From Eukaryota sp. GEM-RC1 (taxonomy: Eukaryota): a stretch of 64,000 bases of DNA. The position numbers and the translations under genes were made by a program. Shown here in pieces: positions 13,276 through 26,129 of the stretch. The notes beneath the pieces are model-generated. The model ran no database searches and was not told the DNA's origin. It was given only the letters and a program-made list of their open reading frames with translations. The stretch lies in the NCBI GenBank assembly GCA_040285855.1, contig JAUFOQ010000005.1, positions 62,001-126,000 on the forward strand, written 5' to 3'. Numbering within the stretch: position 1 is the first letter of the stretch; each line of letters opens with the position of its first letter.

Positions 13276-13863
13276 TACTCGTTACTCAAGTCAATTAATT
13301 AAGAGATTTGATACCATTCTATACGTCATTAAGTTCAAATATCCAGCACACTTAAGTACAAGTATTGTACTTGGTAATCATCAAGATTTTCTTTTTTAGC
13401 GCGATTTATTATAAGTGTAATAGATCAAACAACTAAAAGTTGATATCATTAAAACTACACCCGTCGCTATCGAACCTTACAACAGCTTTGTCCTCATAAA
13501 AGGAACTCACTGCAAAAGATTTTCTAGGTTTATCACTAAACACGTAGGCATTGGATCTAATGATTTTCACTATCAATGACTAATGTCTAGACGTTTAAGG
13601 CATTGAAGAGTGGTAAAACGTGTAATCGACTAATATTCTTCAATTTCAGCGTCCAAACATTCTCTGTAAGTTCACGAATTATGTGTAATCTCTGGTGTAC
13701 GTATATGAACTACTTCACTACCGTCATTTTTATGAAAGTTCAATAACTACAGAGTGCTTGCCGTTTTACTTCCATAAAATAAAGAGTTGTAATTTCGAGG
13801 TGAGATCGGAAATCCAAACTAGAGTTCAAAAGTACATTAGCTTGCAAATCCTTCAAACTTCCA

Positions 13864-16013
13864 ATGGCTACTTCTCAATCCAAAAGAATCATTCCTGGGC
13901 CAATAGAACTCGATCTAGCTGAAAAAGCACTTCTTTGTAAGTATGAACTTGAAGTCACCGAACTAGATTCCAACCTCAAACCCCTCAATATCCATTTAAA
14001 ACCCTCTGTCAAGTCTATCAAACTAGAACATTTGATCTCCTCAGATACTGACTGTGAAGAACTTGCTACTCAGATAGTCTCCAGACTTGCCAAGATAGTT
14101 TCCCGTACCAAGATCCCCGAAGTTTCCTCCCACATCTCCAACCTCAAAACCTACCTCTTTCCCCCTCCATCTCATTCTCGCAAGTCCTCCTCTGTCCAAT
14201 CTTCTCACTCAGACACTAGCCGTACTACTGACGACCCTCCTCAAACCCAAAGACATTCTGCCAATGTTAGCTCTCTTTCTATTCCCTCCTCCTCTTCTCA
14301 CACTTCAGATAAGTCTTCTCCCAAGACTCCCTTCCCCTTCATCAACATACTCTCTCTCCCTGTTTCAGCTCAAGAACTTGAAGTCTACCTCCACAAACTG
14401 TACGATAGTCCTCTTGACATGGAGGAAGGAACTGGGCTCATTGCTGCGCTGGCGTTACGTGTCAAACATCTACCATTGATAGTAGAAAGTCCTGCTTTGT
14501 TGTCTGCTCTGAGTAATACCTTTCAAACAGAAGGTAAGAAAAGTTTAACACTTTCTTTTAACATTATTCTTTGTTTTTCTTCATTGTGTGTGTTTAAAGA
14601 TTTTTACAAAATATTGTTTGAGTATAAGGTTGATTCAATGGTTTTAAAGCTTGTTAAATGGGAATTGAAGAGGTATAAGCAGTTTATGAAAGATTTAAAG
14701 AAGAGAAAAGGACCGGAAGAGCAATCAAAAGTCGAGGAAACGTTATTGCAGGTCAAAAATCAACGTCGGTTGTTGAATTGTTGTCTTTTCTTAATTTTGA
14801 ATATTTTGAATAATAACATTGATTACGCCACAAAATTAAAAAGGAAAGATTTCGTCTTTGATTTGATTACCCTTTTGAAAATTAATGATTCTGTTTTAAA
14901 CTGGCTATCTTGCTTGATTTTGTTTCATTTCTCAGTGAGACCTAATGTTTCTGAATTTATTCCAAATTCTGCTGAACTTATTGATATTTTAATTAATCAA
15001 ATTTTAGGTTCATGGCCCAAAGTGCCTCTTGAACTACGACAAATCACTTTTAAATTATTGCAAAATCTTCTCAAATTTGAACAATTTCGACATGCAGCAA
15101 TGGAATGTGGTACGTTTCCATTACTGGTCAAAATTCTTTCTGATTTGATTGACAAAATGATGTCATCAAGTTCTGTTGACAAAAACACTCTCAATGATTT
15201 CAATTCAATCACACGCATACTGTATTTGATCTCTATTGATTCAGAATTCCGACGTCTTTTAGATCAAAATGATTCATTCAACATTCTTTTGACCTAGCCG
15301 TGAGATCTGAAGATCCACTCATGCTTGGATTAATTTCAAATTTATTCACAAATTTCAAAAGTGGCTCAACTCTCCTAGATGACTCGGAAAGTGTTTCTGA
15401 TAAAGTCAACAGATTTTTGAGCTATTGGGAGAACTCAGTTGAGCTCTTCTGTAAGTGCACCAACGATCCTGAACAGAAACGTAATCTACTTGTGGTTCTA
15501 TACTGTCTTTCAGAGATTCTTGAAGACTCTAACGCTCATAATAATGAGGTGTTCGCTGTGATTCGGTCAGCTTTCTCAAAACATGGATTTGTTAAGTTTC
15601 TTGTTCAAAATCTTTCCAGTGATGATGAGACTTCTGCTCATATTTCATTGGTTTTAATTAAAAGATTCTCTGTATTTGACTTTGCAGCTCCTTCATTTGC
15701 TAGTTCAACTCTAGTTTTCCAAATTACTCATCTTATGCTGCAACGTCAACATCAAGTTGCATTTCTACACACGTGTCTTGAACTTCTGTCAAATTTAGCT
15801 GTAGATGATAAAATGTCGTCATGTATTTTAAATTCAATGACGTTGTATAGACTCGTTGTTAGAATCTGTTTTCGTTCTGATGGTGGTAATCTTCGTGAGT
15901 TTGCTTTTGTCTTTGTTGATTGGTTTTTAGACAATGCTGACGATCATTCTAGGCAAGTTTTGTTAATGGAACGATTCTCCCTTTGGAATCAAGAATTTGT
16001 TGCTTGTTGTTGA
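13864..16013 (+). CDS. KIFAP3: Kinesin-associated protein 3 (KAP3/FLA3) homologue, ARM-repeat accessory subunit of kinesin-2 (frameshift near 15290)
   Basis: KRIIPGPIELDLAEKALLCKYELEVT..TDCEELATQIV and LEVYLHKLYD..GTGLIAALA..LSALS..KKSLTLSFNIILCF..ELKRY match the KAP3 pattern. One extra T near 15290 fuses the two ORFs (NILFDLAVRSED). Confidence 0.85.
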
Positions 16014-18404
16014 TTGTTAGTTATTGTCAGGTTTTCACGTGCATACTTTTGTTCATTGTAATTTATTGGTTGTTTGTTAAGAGTCACTTTCTATAGAATC
16101 TGGTTCTATGTTGGTGTATTTTGTTTTGTTTGTTAAATAAGACGACTGTACTTCATTGTGTTTTGTTTTTTCAATTACACTATTTGGCTAACAATGCGTT
16201 TGTTACAATTGAAGAAAAATTTTCGTTTTATTCACATGAATAAAACATCACAATATAAATGAACACATGTAAAGTACCAATTAAGCGAATGAAAATGTTA
16301 TTCAAGAATGAGATTTTAAAAAGTCCAGAACATTAGACTGTAAAAGTGATTGAGGTTCATCAGCATTTAAGGATCAGGAAGTGATTATACAAGATCAGGG
16401 TTCAGAGTTGAGTCAAACAACGTTCGAAGTCACTTCAACACATGTTTGATGTTGTTCAATAGAATAGTCACTTCGGATCATCTGTTATTACGTGGACCAC
16501 TGTTGCACTTTTTTTTCAATTTGATCACCACGTTTTTTCAGGTATAATGGTTAATCTCCTATATACCATCTCAACCATACTTGTAAAATACAGATTGCTG
16601 TATTTTATGACTTTTTGTATTTTATGTATTTTATGTATTTATCAAAAGTTAGTTTAAAAATACAAACTGTATCTGATTTTACTACAGTGAATTTCATTTG
16701 TGTTGCATACTCTTCCAAATCTGACTTTTCACATTTTTTGGTCTTTTACATTTTCTTATATCTTGATCTTACACCACTTCTTGTCCTACCTACATCATGA
16801 ACTTCACATATAACACACTGTTGGCCTCGATGTTGGTTTTAGAGCTATATGATTCGATACATCAACAGATAATGATCTACTCAGCAGTCCGCACTTAATG
16901 TATCCATCCGAGTTCCGTTTTCAGCTGAGATACAAACTCAGAGAAGCCACATATCACAAGGATTACACGCCACATTATACCACGAGGTTGAGGCTTGAAG
17001 ATGTAGCAATAAAGATGCATTGGTTTGAAAAACAGTCATATTTTCAAAAATCTCGAAATTAAACTGCGCGGAAATGAAATTAGTGGCATCTCCAGTTTGA
17101 GATTGACAACATTAGTGACAATTTGACAATATAGACCTTCGATTTAGAAAATGTTATTTAACTTAAATGGAAATTGATGCTATTTTAAACGACGGCTTCG
17201 GATCGATGGAGCTCTTGTCAAAACAGCAGGATCAAACAATTACGTGATGCATTGCTGTAAATCAATTTGCAGCTCATTGAAGACATCATGTTGGGGAAGT
17301 ACATTAGACTGAAACTAGAAACCGAATGTTTATGTAAAACCAACTGATTCATTTCTCTTAATGGGCAATTTACTCCGAGTTGAAACAATTTTACAACAAA
17401 ACAACTAAAATCAGGACAAGAAGACAAGAGTTACACCAATGTGTGTAGTAACTTTCCTTTGCTGATTACGTTTAATGAAAGGAATTCATTCATTGGGCAA
17501 AGAACTTTCTTTCATCTGTATCTTTCTAATACAGTCACTGTATTACATATTAACATCCACGACTTATTTATTATCACACTACACACGTTTACCACAATGT
17601 TGCTTTGACACAGCTTTGATATTGACCTACTGCTGAACCGTTCCTACATACAAGCTTTCTTCTTTAGAATTGTAGCTGAATGTTCAGCCGTATTCATTCG
17701 GATAAGCTCTTGTACATGGAGTCAGGAGAGACTCATTCATGACTAAAAGTGGTGCTTTACGTTTGTTCCAGATTTGTTCTTGATCTTATCTGCTGCTTAC
17801 GTGTGTAGAAATCCCTGTTATGATATGAGTTCTTCATCTTCAGAATCTCCTGCATTAGTTTCCTTGTTAGTAACCACTGTATAGGAAAGTCCTTAGATTC
17901 TTCTCGCTTGTCTCAATGATCGCTGTTAGGGAAAAGTACTACGTCTACATTGAACTTATTGAGAACTTGTTTCTAATCCACACACTCTTTAGAAACATCA
18001 CATCGCTTCAAACAAGTTCTTGTTTCTCAGTACAAACCACCTTGCTGCTATTCAGATAGCTTGTTTTCTTCCTCTTACTCTTACCTGGGAGTTACTACTG
18101 CCCTCTCTTTCATTTTCTTGAACAACATCACGTCTTCTTCTTGATTTCCCACAACTTCTAGTACTAATTTGACATTGAGGAACAAAGTTTTATTCATTCT
18201 TTGTGATTTATCGTGTTGATGAATGTCTATTTGATCACTAGATCACCAGTCTTTCTCTTATTGTCAATAGGAAAACTTACTCATAATAGATTGTAATACT
18301 TTGATTGATATTCTTTTGATTATTGATTGTGGTAATCTTAGTCAGAGATCTGCTGATTAAAATGAAATCAAAGGATAATTTGTAAAACTCAAAAGATAAA
18401 CAAT

Positions 18405-20876
18405 CTACAGTAAATGTATTTTTACAAAACCATCTCCATCATTACTTCCACTAGTATTTACTGGATTAAATCCTGAATTGAAAGATCCAGCTCCATATGA
18501 GGGGTATGTATTGTTCAACTGACCATGAGGGACCACACTACCCCCGGTATACCCCCCGCCTCCTCCTCCTGAATTACAAGCACCTCCACCACCACCAAAT
18601 CCTCCGTGAGCTGTAATAGAACAAGTAGTATCACTTTGACCACCCATTCCTCCATTAAGAAAAGACTTGCCTCCAGTACTATTACCACTAGTTGCATTCT
18701 GACCATCAAGAGTGAATCCACCTCCTCCAGCACCATATTCACCTTTACCAACACCTTCAGTGAAATCTACTCTACCATCAGGTCCGTTTGTTTTCCAACT
18801 ACTATAATTCTGCCCATTACCACCTCCTGCAACTATTAAAGGAGAAGAATCCAAAACAACAAAGGAACCACCTCCACCTCCTCCGGCAGCACAAGAATCC
18901 CTCTTAGCATCACACCCAACCTGACCAACCAATATTTTAATAATTTGACCAGATTTCAATTCAAACTCACCAATCATTACTGCTCCTTTTCCAGGTTTAG
19001 TTGAAGTGTTATAATTATTATTACCACCTCTAGCTCCAGCACATTCAATTCTATACATTCCAGTTAAAGGTACAGACCAATGTTGAATCCCATCAATAAC
19101 ATTAAAATTTTCAATATTTTTAAAATATTCATGGTTATAAGCACCAATACAGTACTCAAGAGAAGGTCCAGTTCTACCTGTTTTTCCTGCATTAGTAAAG
19201 GTAAAAGGGAATAACAGTTGCAATGATAACTGAGAGTTTTCTTCTTTTAAAGTAGTGACAGTCTTTTCTAAATTCTGAACAAGATCGTCAGAGGTCTTTT
19301 TTTGCTGTGATAAAGCTGCAGCGAACTGAATTTGTTGAAATTTCAAAACAATTAAAGCATTATCAGCAAAATACTTCTGGAAGAATTGACACAGTTTTGA
19401 ATCATTTTTTAATTCTGCAAATATTTCAAAAATCGCAACGGGATCTGTCACCTTCAAATCAAAACCTTTCACACATTCATGAAATACGTCAACATCCCAA
19501 TCAAAATTTCTCCAAGAGTCAACAAGACTTTTGGCCAAAAACGTTGAATAATCAGCTGTAACTGATGGAGCAAGAAGTTTGAAAGCTAAAGGTGATGGAG
19601 AAAATCCTTGGTAACTATGTAGAAACTCAAAAGGAACAACTTTCATAAAATCGACAACAAAATATTCAAGATCAGCTTTAGCTCTATCAGCAGCTTGAAA
19701 AGTCCATAAAAACCAATCAGGAGGAATTTTCTCCAATTGTTCAATATTTGGAAAATTATTAACAGACCATTGTAATAAAACAGACTCAAACGATTTTTCA
19801 TCAAATAAAGGTTGAATTAAAGTGTACAGATTGTTGTAATCAAATTGATGAATAATAATTATGTTTAAAATAGAATTTAATTCTTCACTTGCCAATTCTT
19901 GATTTTTAAAAGTTTCTAAAAGACATTGAATAAGCCACCAATTATCAACAATAGGAAACAACCTTTGAAGTACTTCAACAGACAATGGTGATGAATCGAG
20001 TTTCAGGGGTTGAGAAAGATTTTTAAACATATTTAAAATTTCTTCAACAAATCCAACTTGATGACGAACATTTGCTAAATTCAAAAGTGACAATAATTCC
20101 AAATCAGTAAAAGTATTTGTTAATAAGAACTTCTTACAAGCTTCCAAAAGCTCTGGAACTTGAAAATAGAAAGACAATTGATAAAAACTTAAAACATTAG
20201 AAATATCGAGCTTAATTGAATCTGAATAGAAAAAATTGAAAAATTGTTCAAAAATTTCTTCTTCTACTCCTTCAAATTCTGATTCATAAGTGATTTTTCG
20301 ATCATTTGAATCAATAAAACTAGTAGAGAATTGGTTCAGAAAAGTTGCTGACATGGCAACTAAAATTAGGGTATTTGTTTGAATGTGTACTTCTTTGTAG
20401 GTAATTGACACGTCACTGGGGGCAAACTTTCTAAAATTAGAAACAATCACGTCATGATTTAATTGGAAAGTAAACGTTTCTCTAAAGTTCATTCCAGACT
20501 GAACCAGGGAGTGGAGGAAATCAGAGAGAGGTGTGTACTTGAGGTAAGAGACCAAAACTCCAAGAGGATGAAGATCGGAAGATGGAAAAGAGACACTTAT
20601 ACCATAGAAGGAGTCCAAGACTTTGAAGAAGAGGGAAGAATCGGGAAGTAGAAGTAGCAGGAGATCGAGATCATCTACCTTGGAGGAAGAAAACAGTTTG
20701 GTTTTAAGAAGGTCACTGAACAGAGAAACCACGGCAGAATGACAAGGAAACTCGTCATCGTGAAGGGAAATGGATGAGTCAATGAGAACACCGTCTTTAC
20801 GAAGATTACAAAGCTTTGTAGTGATTGTGGAAGGGGGGAAGGCAAAGACTTGGGTAGGAGATTCTTGTGATGACAT
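18405..20876 (-). CDS. Tandem BTB protein with coiled coil and C-terminal ALK/LTK-type glycine-rich domain (copy 2, intact, 823 aa)
   Basis: BTB motifs DEFPCHSAVVSLFS and EIFEQFFNFFYSDSIKLDISNVLSFYQLSFYFQVPELLEAC. The C-terminus reads FTFTNAGKTGRTGP..GIQHWSVPLTGMYRIECAGARGG..GGGGGGSFV..PLIVAGGG..GGFGGGG..GDGFVKI. Confidence 0.9.
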   Translation of the reverse strand: MSSQESPTQVFAFPPSTITTKLCNLRKDGVLIDSSISLHDDEFPCHSAVVSLFSDLLKTKLFSSSKVDDLDLLLLLLPDSSLFFKVLDSFYGISVSFPSSDLHPLGVLVSYLKYTPLSDFLHSLVQSGMNFRETFTFQLNHDVIVSNFRKFAPSDVSITYKEVHIQTNTLILVAMSATFLNQFSTSFIDSNDRKITYESEFEGVEEEIFEQFFNFFYSDSIKLDISNVLSFYQLSFYFQVPELLEACKKFLLTNTFTDLELLSLLNLANVRHQVGFVEEILNMFKNLSQPLKLDSSPLSVEVLQRLFPIVDNWWLIQCLLETFKNQELASEELNSILNIIIIHQFDYNNLYTLIQPLFDEKSFESVLLQWSVNNFPNIEQLEKIPPDWFLWTFQAADRAKADLEYFVVDFMKVVPFEFLHSYQGFSPSPLAFKLLAPSVTADYSTFLAKSLVDSWRNFDWDVDVFHECVKGFDLKVTDPVAIFEIFAELKNDSKLCQFFQKYFADNALIVLKFQQIQFAAALSQQKKTSDDLVQNLEKTVTTLKEENSQLSLQLLFPFTFTNAGKTGRTGPSLEYCIGAYNHEYFKNIENFNVIDGIQHWSVPLTGMYRIECAGARGGNNNYNTSTKPGKGAVMIGEFELKSGQIIKILVGQVGCDAKRDSCAAGGGGGGSFVVLDSSPLIVAGGGNGQNYSSWKTNGPDGRVDFTEGVGKGEYGAGGGGFTLDGQNATSGNSTGGKSFLNGGMGGQSDTTCSITAHGGFGGGGGACNSGGGGGGYTGGSVVPHGQLNNTYPSYGAGSFNSGFNPVNTSGSNDGDGFVKIHLL

Positions 20877-21319
20877 TGATCACAGTGAGAACAGATATGG
20901 TTGATCCAACATGTAAGTTCAATTGAAGTTAAATTATTGAACCTTGATTGTCGCAATGGATAAAGACGGGAATTACTCTACCTAGACCAGGGGTGGGAAA
21001 ACAATATTGCTCTTCCAATATTGCAATAAATATTGCTCCAATATTTATTTCCCCTCTTTGAGGTGGACCAATATTTATTGTTACACCGGTTAATTGTTGC
21101 AATATTTGCCAATATACTTCGAGTTGTTCATTTCGTTGTTTTGCATCACCATTTGGACTTCCAAAATCATTTTTGTTGTTTTATGTGTTTAAATATAATG
21201 AGAGTTGCTTAATCGGTAATGATTTCTAGTCGGTGTATTGTCATAATGTCTGTCATTTGAGCTCAGTTCGACTGTTAACTAGAAGTACAATGTAAATTCT
21301 TTCCCTCACACTTCAGAGA

Positions 21320-21360
21320 ATTGGAGTCTCGAGTCTAGGTCCTAGACTCGAGACTCCAAT
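21320..21360. repeat. Perfect inverted repeat with 20-bp arms and a 1-nt spacer
   Basis: ATTGGAGTCTCGAGTCTAGG-T-CCTAGACTCGAGACTCCAAT. Confidence 0.95.
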
Positions 21361-23055
21361 CTTCCCTCCAAATTTTTCAGAGATGGAGTCGAGTTGGAGT
21401 TTTCTCAGAACTTTACGAGCATGCCGAGTTGGTTTTAAACTCGTTTCAATATTTAAAGTATTTCACTAGCATTCCTAAACATTTACGCATATCATATACG
21501 AAGGCAACCGTGTGACATTATCAAGACTGTCACTTTTTCCAGTCTCAAAACATATTGTTTCTTATTTTACATGTTTTACATGTTTCGTTCAAATTTGTGC
21601 AGATACACTTATAATATGATATTATCATATTATACGTACGGAAAGTGTGAAATATTGGCCTATGTTGACTATACCGACAATGGGTACACTATTATCAGTG
21701 TTTTGTAGAAACACAGATGTATTGAACGGAGATAAGTGAAATCTAAACCTAATAAGGATAATTAATCAACACCTAGACATATTCTCAATTTATATATTTT
21801 CACATCACTAATCAGTATACCAAGTGGTTATGAGCTGACGAGTGCTAGCATCACAAGAGATCTGTATCCATCTCTCATCAAACAAGTACCACTGAATGCA
21901 ATGTTGTACGTGACATGGCCTTCAGAGAGCAGTGTTTTGTTTATTTAATAAAGCTTTGAGTTAGTTGTTTTTCATGTAATTTTACCTCAAAAGTTTGAAT
22001 CTGTGCTACTTAAACAACGATCGATCGAAATACGCAATTCCTACAAGTAGTCATTAGCAAACAACCGTGCTTATCTTCACAGTCGCTTAAACAGCGGAAA
22101 AGTTAATTAAATTTTCGAGAAAGACCTGTTGATCTTCTTACTAACTTCTGAGCACAATGTTTGAAACAAATTCAGAAACTCATTAGTGAAACAGCTTAAA
22201 TTTACATAATGAGATTGAAAGAGATCTTTCAGAATATAACACCACAACTGATATATTAATGTGTTAATTTTATATGTGAACTCAATCACGTTTTCTGGTA
22301 GAAACGGCGACAGACTCAAACGTGCGGACTCTTACCAGTACAATATTCAATATTTTTAGTGTGAAGTGAAGTCTACGAAGTTGTTGAACCTGTTTATGAC
22401 ACAAGATCCACAGTCTTTACCATATTTGGTCGAAATAGAAAATGTGGCTGAATCAGACTAATTCTTGGGTATATTTTGAGGGTGCACAATTTTGCACTTT
22501 TTTTCATTTAGACATCTTTTTGTGCTTCCATTTTTTCCGACATGATCCCTATTTAACATTTTTCGGAGTTGTTCTCCGTTATTGGCTGCTCCTGCTCAAA
22601 TGTTCTTACTGGATCTTACAACAATCAAGTGGTTTAGAAACCGTTCCCAGAGCATCGTCTGATGTTTTTATTATTTCAAATTACAGTATTTCTAATAATT
22701 CTTCTAACAAAACCAAAAGAATTTTGATTGTGCTGTAAGAGAAGACTACTGTCATATTCATTATGTTATTGAATTGAATAAACTACAAAAAATTTGAGAA
22801 TCGCCAGAACACCTGAATCATCAGTTTAAATGTTGAAAAGAAGATCAGAAGAACACCAACACCTTCTAAAAACTCGTGTTTGAACATAACTTGCATCAAT
22901 GTATTACATTTTTAACTTTTACAGCCATATTACAATGTCTTTAGGGGAGTGTTGCAGTAAAGTAGATGTGAATGCACATAAACACTTCAGATCTTTTTCA
23001 TTCAACAATATAGCATTGAAACATTGTTCTATGCCTAATCACTACTTTCAGATAA

Positions 23056-23197
23056 CGGATATCCGAATCCGAACCGGATCCGCTCCATCAAATCCGTATC
23101 CGATCTGGATCCGAACAAAACAGCAACACTAGATCTGAATCCGATCCGAATCCGATCCGCAATCTGAAATGAAATCTGATCCGAACGCCCAGTGCTA
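23056..23197. repeat. Cluster of ATCCG/GATCC short repeats, probably the subterminal region of a decayed DNA transposon
   Basis: Many ATCCG units end in CGCCCAGTGCTA, a hAT-like terminus. No partner end or TSD was found. Confidence 0.45.
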
Positions 23198-24743
23198 TAG
23201 CAGGATCACTGTTTACCAAAGATATTTAATTTCTGTGAGCTCATCGTGATTTTGAGTTGATGGATTTGAAATGTGGTTTATGAAAGACAGTGTACATGTA
23301 GATCGCACAAGTTCACACTTCAAATTTTGGATCTTCAGTACAAAATGAACTGATGGCCATGTTGATAACAAGAACCTGGTGTATCAGACGAATGCTTTAG
23401 GAACCTCTTGCAGAAGCCCCATTCAATACAGATGCTGTTGTCTTGACACGGAAGAGAGAATCTCTGTGAAAACAAGGATATGACTCCCATATAGACATCA
23501 GTAGCACTTCAGTCATGTTGAGACCTTAACCGTGATAAACAACCGTCTCTAGAGCGATCTAATGTCTAGATCTCCGTTGTGAAAGGTACATGTACATGTC
23601 CAAAAGAGAGGATGTGATATATATGTAACAGCATTTGTCCAAAGGACAATAGTTGTTAACCGTAACACAACTGAAAGTGTGGGAAGGAATGTGCAAAAAT
23701 TTATTGGGTAACGCGAAAGCCAATGTTGATAAACATCTTCGATAAACAGTTCAGCGAACAATAAGATAAGGGGAATCATCACTAAAACGGAGTGACTCGT
23801 TGTCTTTCAAGGGGCAGGGACAGTTCCATCTGGATCATCAAGACAGCACGAGCTTTCAAGGGCCTCCTCCTGCAGTTTATCACTCTAACATAGTCCAGCA
23901 GTTCACTGAATCTCCTTTTATCGAAGGGTGAAAGGGATCGTATTCTCAGGCAAAGAAACTTAAGAGCTTCAGCATCAGGACACCGTGTTTGTCTGAAGTA
24001 TATCCAGAGGTCTTCGATTGCTATACGTAACAGTTGACGAGTCATTGTTTGAGAAAGAATAGAATCAGAACTTCCGAAAAGGAAATTGCCTAATTTAGAA
24101 GGAAACGTCATCTTTTCCTTTCTGTGGTTCTTTCAACCCAATTTCACCACATTTCCCCATCATTTACTGCATTCATGTGAAGGACTCGCTGTCACAAGTT
24201 TGGGGGTCACTCTTTTATGATAAAAGCTTTATGTATCTTATATCAAGGGATGACTCTCCCACGACAATCACTGGTGGACTCCAAGGTTTCTGCAACTCAA
24301 TTCATTCTTTGATCGTCTTTGATTTTTATATGTCTTCTACTAAAGCGAGTGATTAGTCTCTAGCGATGTTTTTATATATACTAAGGAACCTTCTTCTTTT
24401 TACTTTTCTTTCCAATTTGCGACACGCTTCTAAAAGAGTGCCTTGTTAGGAGCATCATAAACAACAAAAAACTGATTGATGATTGACTTTACAGTGTTGA
24501 AATCACTCAAATATCCTTGACTATGAAGAAGCGATTAATTAAACAACTTTACTATATGTCCCAAATTCACGAGTTATTCATTGTCGCTTTGAAATGTTGC
24601 TGAAAATCAATTGTATTTTTGCACACAAACCAGAAAAGATCTTACAGAAAGTTTCGAGAAAACTCGCATCAACAATTATACTCTTGATGTGATTATCAGA
24701 ATTCATTCTGACAACTGGATATAAAAATAAATTATCTAAATTT

Positions 24744-25816
24744 TCACCAAAATGAACGAATAAATCTAGGAACGTACAAATCCGCATCATCATCTAAATC
24801 CTCAGGAACAAAAGAATTAGTCGCATAGGTCAAAATCAACTCGTCATCATGTCGACTCATTTCAGGATGAACCTTCGGAGCATAGAAAAACCTATTCCTA
24901 CTCTTGTACTCATCAGGAACTTCGTACAAAACAATACCTTCACTCCAAGGTCCTTCAAAACTAGTAGCTACTCTGTAATTGATAGAGTTTCCAAAGGCTT
25001 CATTGTAGAAGAAGAGCCACTTGTTCTTGAAATACACTAGATAGCCCTCGTCTGTTCCTTCTGGTAGTCTTACAGAGATATACTTGTCCTTGTGATTAAG
25101 ATAGTCAGATATTGGGATGTAGAAGTTGGAGGGGGAGTTGGTTTCGTGGACAAGGATAGACCAGGAGAGATGAAGGGGATCAGAGGAAGGAGTGGCTTTG
25201 AAGAAGACATTGTGTTTGCCAGAATGGTCATGTTCTACTCCTACGACATGAAGAGAGTTGTCAAGAAGAGAGCGGCAGCAGAAGCTGTTAGAGAAGTGGA
25301 GGTAAAGGGGAGAAATTGGGATTGGATTTTCCAGTGGTGGGGATGAGATTCTAGATCAGAGGCCACGTGAATATAGGAACCGTTAACAGCAAAACCAAAA
25401 GGATCGGAAGGATCTTCTACTACAGCATAGGAGAGAACAGAGATTGTATGAGAATGTGAAGAGTAGAGAGAAATAGGCCATACCCAGGAGTTTGGAGCAT
25501 TTGGCTTAAAGAAGGGTGACTTGTTGCGATTCTGAAAGAAAAAGTAGGGATTGTGGCTGTCCTTGTCTAGTAAAGCTATGCTGTTTCGATACATTGCAGT
25601 AATGTTTCTGGTTTTACCATCCGATGATCCAAATAAAGTGTCACCGAAGATCCATAATGACCTATTGGATGAGATTGGATGAGAACAAACAACATCTGCA
25701 CCAAGCCAGCCATGTTCTTTTGCGCTGAAGATTTGCTGTAGATCTATTGCAGGCTCTGCATATCTGTGTAAGGCCAAGGAACTCACAAGTAAAGACAGAA
25801 AAATTGAAGTCCACAT
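24744..25816 (-). CDS. Secreted DUF4185/DUF5005-like (probable beta-propeller) protein, frameshifted
   Basis: Signal-peptide-like MWTSIFLSLLVSSLA, then GWLGADVVCSHPI..RSLWIFGDT..RNSIA. The C-terminal ORF has GPWSE..YAPKVHPE..LILTYATN..LYVPRF. Confidence 0.65.
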
Positions 25817-26129
25817 ATTGAATACAGTCTGAAAGATTTGTGATGCATCACTGTAATCACACCATTACATCATGATGATTGCATTTTATATCATACTTGT
25901 AAATGGAGCTTTAGATTTTACGTTTATGTGATGTATCTGTTATAAAATACAGAAATACGTTTGTTAATATTGATGATACATGTAGTTTGTATTTGTAAGA
26001 GTAAGTAAAAGACGTTTTTTTGAAATACAATGTACAATAATTTGTGCTGTTGTTTTTTTATTAACGAACTACAAACTACGACTAGTAGTACTTAAAAGAT
26101 ATTAAATGATCTAGATCTACTATTGAACT

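Noticed and set aside
3462..15300. Stop-codon reassignment or TAG readthrough, suggested by ORFs ending in TAG immediately before a continuing ORF
   Set aside because: The downstream ORFs are in a different frame, so a 1-bp indel explains them and readthrough does not. TAA, TAG and TGA all terminate genes normally here.
23549..24111. Two adjacent minus-strand ORFs (109 and 77 aa)
   Set aside because: No recognisable domain or homologue in the window; a gene cannot be supported without a search.
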